In this document: in pieces, positions 61,492-64,000 of the stretch | Numbering within the stretch: the stretch's first letter is position 1 | How the letters are laid out: every line of letters starts with the position of its first letter | Source of the DNA: an uncultured Alphaproteobacteria bacterium | Lineage (GTDB): Bacteria; Pseudomonadota; Alphaproteobacteria; Rhodospirillales; Defluviicoccaceae | Assembly: GCA_963746275.1 (NCBI GenBank) | Contig: CAVVAX010000008.1 | Location: forward strand, 58,532 to 122,531 | Length of the DNA stretch: 64,000 nucleotides | Direction of reading: 5' to 3' | Notes under the pieces: model-generated | Seen by the model: the letters and a program-made list of their open reading frames with translations, nothing else | Database searches by the model: none | Told to the model about the DNA's origin: nothing | Made by a program: the position numbers and the translations under genes

Positions 61492-62676
61492 ATGACCCCG
61501 AGCGAGAGCCTGGCGCCGTGGGCCTGCCACAGCGGCGAAAGCCGCGGCCGGCTGCACCCGGAGGCGGAAAGCGCCAGCCGCTCCCCCTTTCAGCGCGACC
61601 GCGACCGGATCATCCACTCGGCGGCGTTTCGCCGGCTCGAGTACAAGACCCAGGTGTTCGTCAACCACGAGGGCGACTTCTTCCGCACCCGCCTCACCCA
61701 CAGCCTCGAGGTTTCGCAGATCGCCCGGTCCATCTGCCGCACGCTGAAGCTCAACGAGGACTTGGCCGAGGCCCTGGCTCTAGCCCACGACCTCGGCCAT
61801 CCGCCGTTCGGCCATGCCGGCGAGGACGCGCTGAAGGAGATGATGGCGCCCTACGGCGGCTTCGACCACAACGCCCAGAGCCTGCGCGTCGTGACCAAGC
61901 TGGAGCAGCGCTACGCCGAGTTCGATGGGCTGAACCTGACGTGGGAGACGCTCGAGGGGATCGTCAAGCACAACGGACCCCTGATTGGCGGGGCGGGGCG
62001 GGGCGGCGAGCTGCCGGAAGCCATCGCAACGTACGCCACGGAGCACGATCTCGAACTCCACACCTTCGCCGCCGCCGAAGCGCAGGTCACGGCGCTGGCC
62101 GACGACATCGCCTACAACAACCACGACATCGACGACGGCCTGCGGGCAGGGCTGTTCACCATCGCCGACCTGGGCGCCGTGCCGCTGGTGGGCGACATGT
62201 TCCGCGAGGTCGCCCGGCGGTATCCGGGGCTGGCGCCGTCGCGGCTGATCCACGAGGCGGTGCGCCGGCTGATCGGGCTGATGGTCGAGGACCTGGCCGT
62301 GGAGACCCGGCGGCGGATCGAGGCGCTGGCGCCCCGCGGGGCTGCCGACATCCGCCACCACGACGCTCCGGTCGCCGCCTTCTCCGCCGAGATGCAGGAA
62401 AACGACCGGGCGCTGAAGGACTTCCTGTTCGACAACATGTATCGCCACTACAAGCTGAACCGCATGACCAGCAAGGCGCGGCGGCTGGTCCGGGACCTGT
62501 TTCGCCTGTTCGTGGACGAACCGGGTTGCCTGCCGACGGACTGGCGCCGGCAGGCTGCCGGGCCTGGCGCGGTCGAGACGGCGAGGGTCGTCGCCGACTA
62601 CATTGCCGGCATGACCGACCGCTTCGCCGGCGACGAGCACCGCCGGCTGTTCGACGTGCAATCGAGGGCCTCTTGA
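61492..62676 (+). CDS. dgt: dGTP triphosphohydrolase-like HD-domain protein
   Basis: [54 protein letters not shown]. An alternative TTG start lies at 61474. Confidence 0.82.
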   Translation: MTPSESLAPWACHSGESRGRLHPEAESASRSPFQRDRDRIIHSAAFRRLEYKTQVFVNHEGDFFRTRLTHSLEVSQIARSICRTLKLNEDLAEALALAHDLGHPPFGHAGEDALKEMMAPYGGFDHNAQSLRVVTKLEQRYAEFDGLNLTWETLEGIVKHNGPLIGGAGRGGELPEAIATYATEHDLELHTFAAAEAQVTALADDIAYNNHDIDDGLRAGLFTIADLGAVPLVGDMFREVARRYPGLAPSRLIHEAVRRLIGLMVEDLAVETRRRIEALAPRGAADIRHHDAPVAAFSAEMQENDRALKDFLFDNMYRHYKLNRMTSKARRLVRDLFRLFVDEPGCLPTDWRRQAAGPGAVETARVVADYIAGMTDRFAGDEHRRLFDVQSRAS

Positions 62677-64000
62677 ACCTGTACCGATACTTCCACGGCC
62701 GGATCGGCGAGATCTGCGCCGCGCTCGCCGAAGACGGCAAGCTGCCACCCGGGCTCGACGTCGGCCGCATCGCGGTCGAGCCGCCGCGCGAGGCGAGCCA
62801 CGGCGACGTCGCCACCAACGCCGCCCTCGTCCTGGCCGGCCCGGCGAAGAGCAAGCCTCGGACGCTGGCGACGCTGCTGGCGGCGCATCTGCTGTCCGTT
62901 GATGGCGTCGAGACCGCCGAGGTGGCGGGGCCCGGGTTCATCAACCTGCGCCTGAGCAAGGCGTTCTGGCTCGCCCGCCTGGCCGAGATCCTGGACGCCG
63001 GCGTCGCCTATGGCGATTCCGCTTCTGGCGGCGGCCGGAAGGTCAACATCGAGTACGTCTCGGCCAACCCGACGGGCCCGCTCCACGTCGGCCACGGGCG
63101 CGGCGCGGTGGTCGGCGACGCGCTGGCATCGCTGCTGGAGAAGGCGGGCTTCGCCGTCACCCGCGAGTACTACGTCAACGACGCCGGCGGCCAGATCGAC
63201 AAGCTGGCCCGCGCCGCCTACTGGCGCTACCTGCTGGCGCTGGGCGAGCGCGCGGGTCCGGTCGCAGCCGAACGCTTCGCCGCCGAGACGCCGCCCGAGT
63301 ACCGGGGCGACTACCTGATCCCCGTCGGCGAGGCGCTGGTGGCGCGCCACGGCGATGGCCTGGTGGATCTTCCGGAGGCGGAGTGGCTAGCGCCGGTGCG
63401 CGACGTCGCCGTCGGCCAAATGATGGCGCTGATCGAGGACGATCTGAGAGCGCTGGGCGTCGTTTTCGACGTCGTGAGTTCGGAGCGGGCGCTGGTCGAG
63501 GCCGGCGGCGTCGACGCCACCTTGCAGACGCTTAAGGAGCGCGGGCTGATCTACACCGGCGTGCTGGAGGCGCCCAAGGGCAAGCTGCCCGACGACTGGG
63601 AGCCGCGGCCGCAGACGCTGTTCCGCTCGAGCGATTTCGGCGACGACGTGGACCGGCCGCTGCAGAAGTCGGATGGGAGCTGGACCTATTTCGCCAGCGA
63701 TATCGCCTATCACCTGGACAAGCACCGGCGGGGCTTTCCCATCCTCATCGACGTCTGGGGCGCCGACCACGGCGGCTACGTCAAGCGGATGCAGGCGGCG
63801 GTCAAGGCGGCGACCGAGGGAAAGGCCGATCTCGACGTCAAACTGTGCCAGATGGTCAACCTGCTCGATGCCGGCCAACCGGTGCGCATGTCCAAGCGGG
63901 CAGGGACCTACGTGACCCTACGCGAGGTGCTCGACAGGGTGGGGCGCGGCGTCTTCCGCTTCATCATGCTGACCCGGCGCAACGACGCGCCGCTCGAGTT
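62673..64000 (+). CDS. argS: arginine--tRNA ligase (5' part; continues past the window end)
   Basis: The TTG start overlaps the dgt stop. My own translation of this frame is open to 64000. It contains [23 protein letters not shown] (HIGH-type motif) and [13 protein letters not shown] (KMSK-type motif). Confidence 0.85.
   Translation, partial: MNLYRYFHGRIGEICAALAEDGKLPPGLDVGRIAVEPPREASHGDVATNAALVLAGPAKSKPRTLATLLAAHLLSVDGVETAEVAGPGFINLRLSKAFWLARLAEILDAGVAYGDSASGGGRKVNIEYVSANPTGPLHVGHGRGAVVGDALASLLEKAGFAVTREYYVNDAGGQIDKLARAAYWRYLLALGERAGPVAAERFAAETPPEYRGDYLIPVGEALVARHGDGLVDLPEAEWLAPVRDVAVGQMMALIEDDLRALGVVFDVVSSERALVEAGGVDATLQTLKERGLIYTGVLEAPKGKLPDDWEPRPQTLFRSSDFGDDVDRPLQKSDGSWTYFASDIAYHLDKHRRGFPILIDVWGADHGGYVKRMQAAVKAATEGKADLDVKLCQMVNLLDAGQPVRMSKRAGTYVTLREVLDRVGRGVFRFIMLTRRNDAPLE

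Overview
Hand analysis only, no tools. Product calls come from family signatures I recognise in the six-frame track, and coordinates were cross-checked against ORF phases.

The window is a very GC-rich chromosomal segment. Its content and gene order look alphaproteobacterial (my guess is Rhodospirillales-like, which I cannot verify here). It is mostly core housekeeping:
- tRNA-Val, then glgX-treZ-treY (trehalose from glycogen), then tRNA-Asp
- the complete 14-gene nuoA-N complex I operon
- birA-coaX-rnj-mce-DUF1467-tag
- proS-lolC/E-lolD-dnaE
- cstA-ybdD
- rpsB-tsf-pyrH-frr-cdsA-dxr-rseP-bamA-skp
- an inverted fabZ
- a Liv-type ABC importer (binding protein, fused permease, two ATPases)
- xthA, erpA, a dGTPase-like gene and the 5' part of argS

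I found no rRNA, CRISPR array, transposase, integrase or prophage genes.

Two stretches look accessory:
- 46.7-48.1 kb: a low-GC orphan membrane/all-alpha gene sitting at a break in the conserved bamA-skp-lpxD-fabZ order.
- 53.5-59.5 kb: envelope-type genes (secreted Pro-rich protein, Sel1 lipoprotein, FecR-like protein with a roughly 860-nt glycine-rich tract, DUF4170, OmpA-like lipoprotein, acidic Ala/Glu-rich lipoprotein), followed by a pentapeptide-repeat protein.

Two short dispersed palindromic repeat families occupy intergenic gaps.

The most pervasive signal is technical. About 27 reading-frame breaks fall in 19 otherwise conserved genes, including rpsB, rseP, birA, lolC and nuoF. Most are 1-nt excesses next to short G/C runs. 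I read this as assembly indel error. I use type=pseudogene for these genes only because the frame is broken in the sequence as given.

I did not find a clear-cut novel multi-gene system. The best candidates for follow-up are the orphan gene, the FecR/Gly-rich envelope cluster, and a possible minus-strand small RNA in the tag-proS gap.
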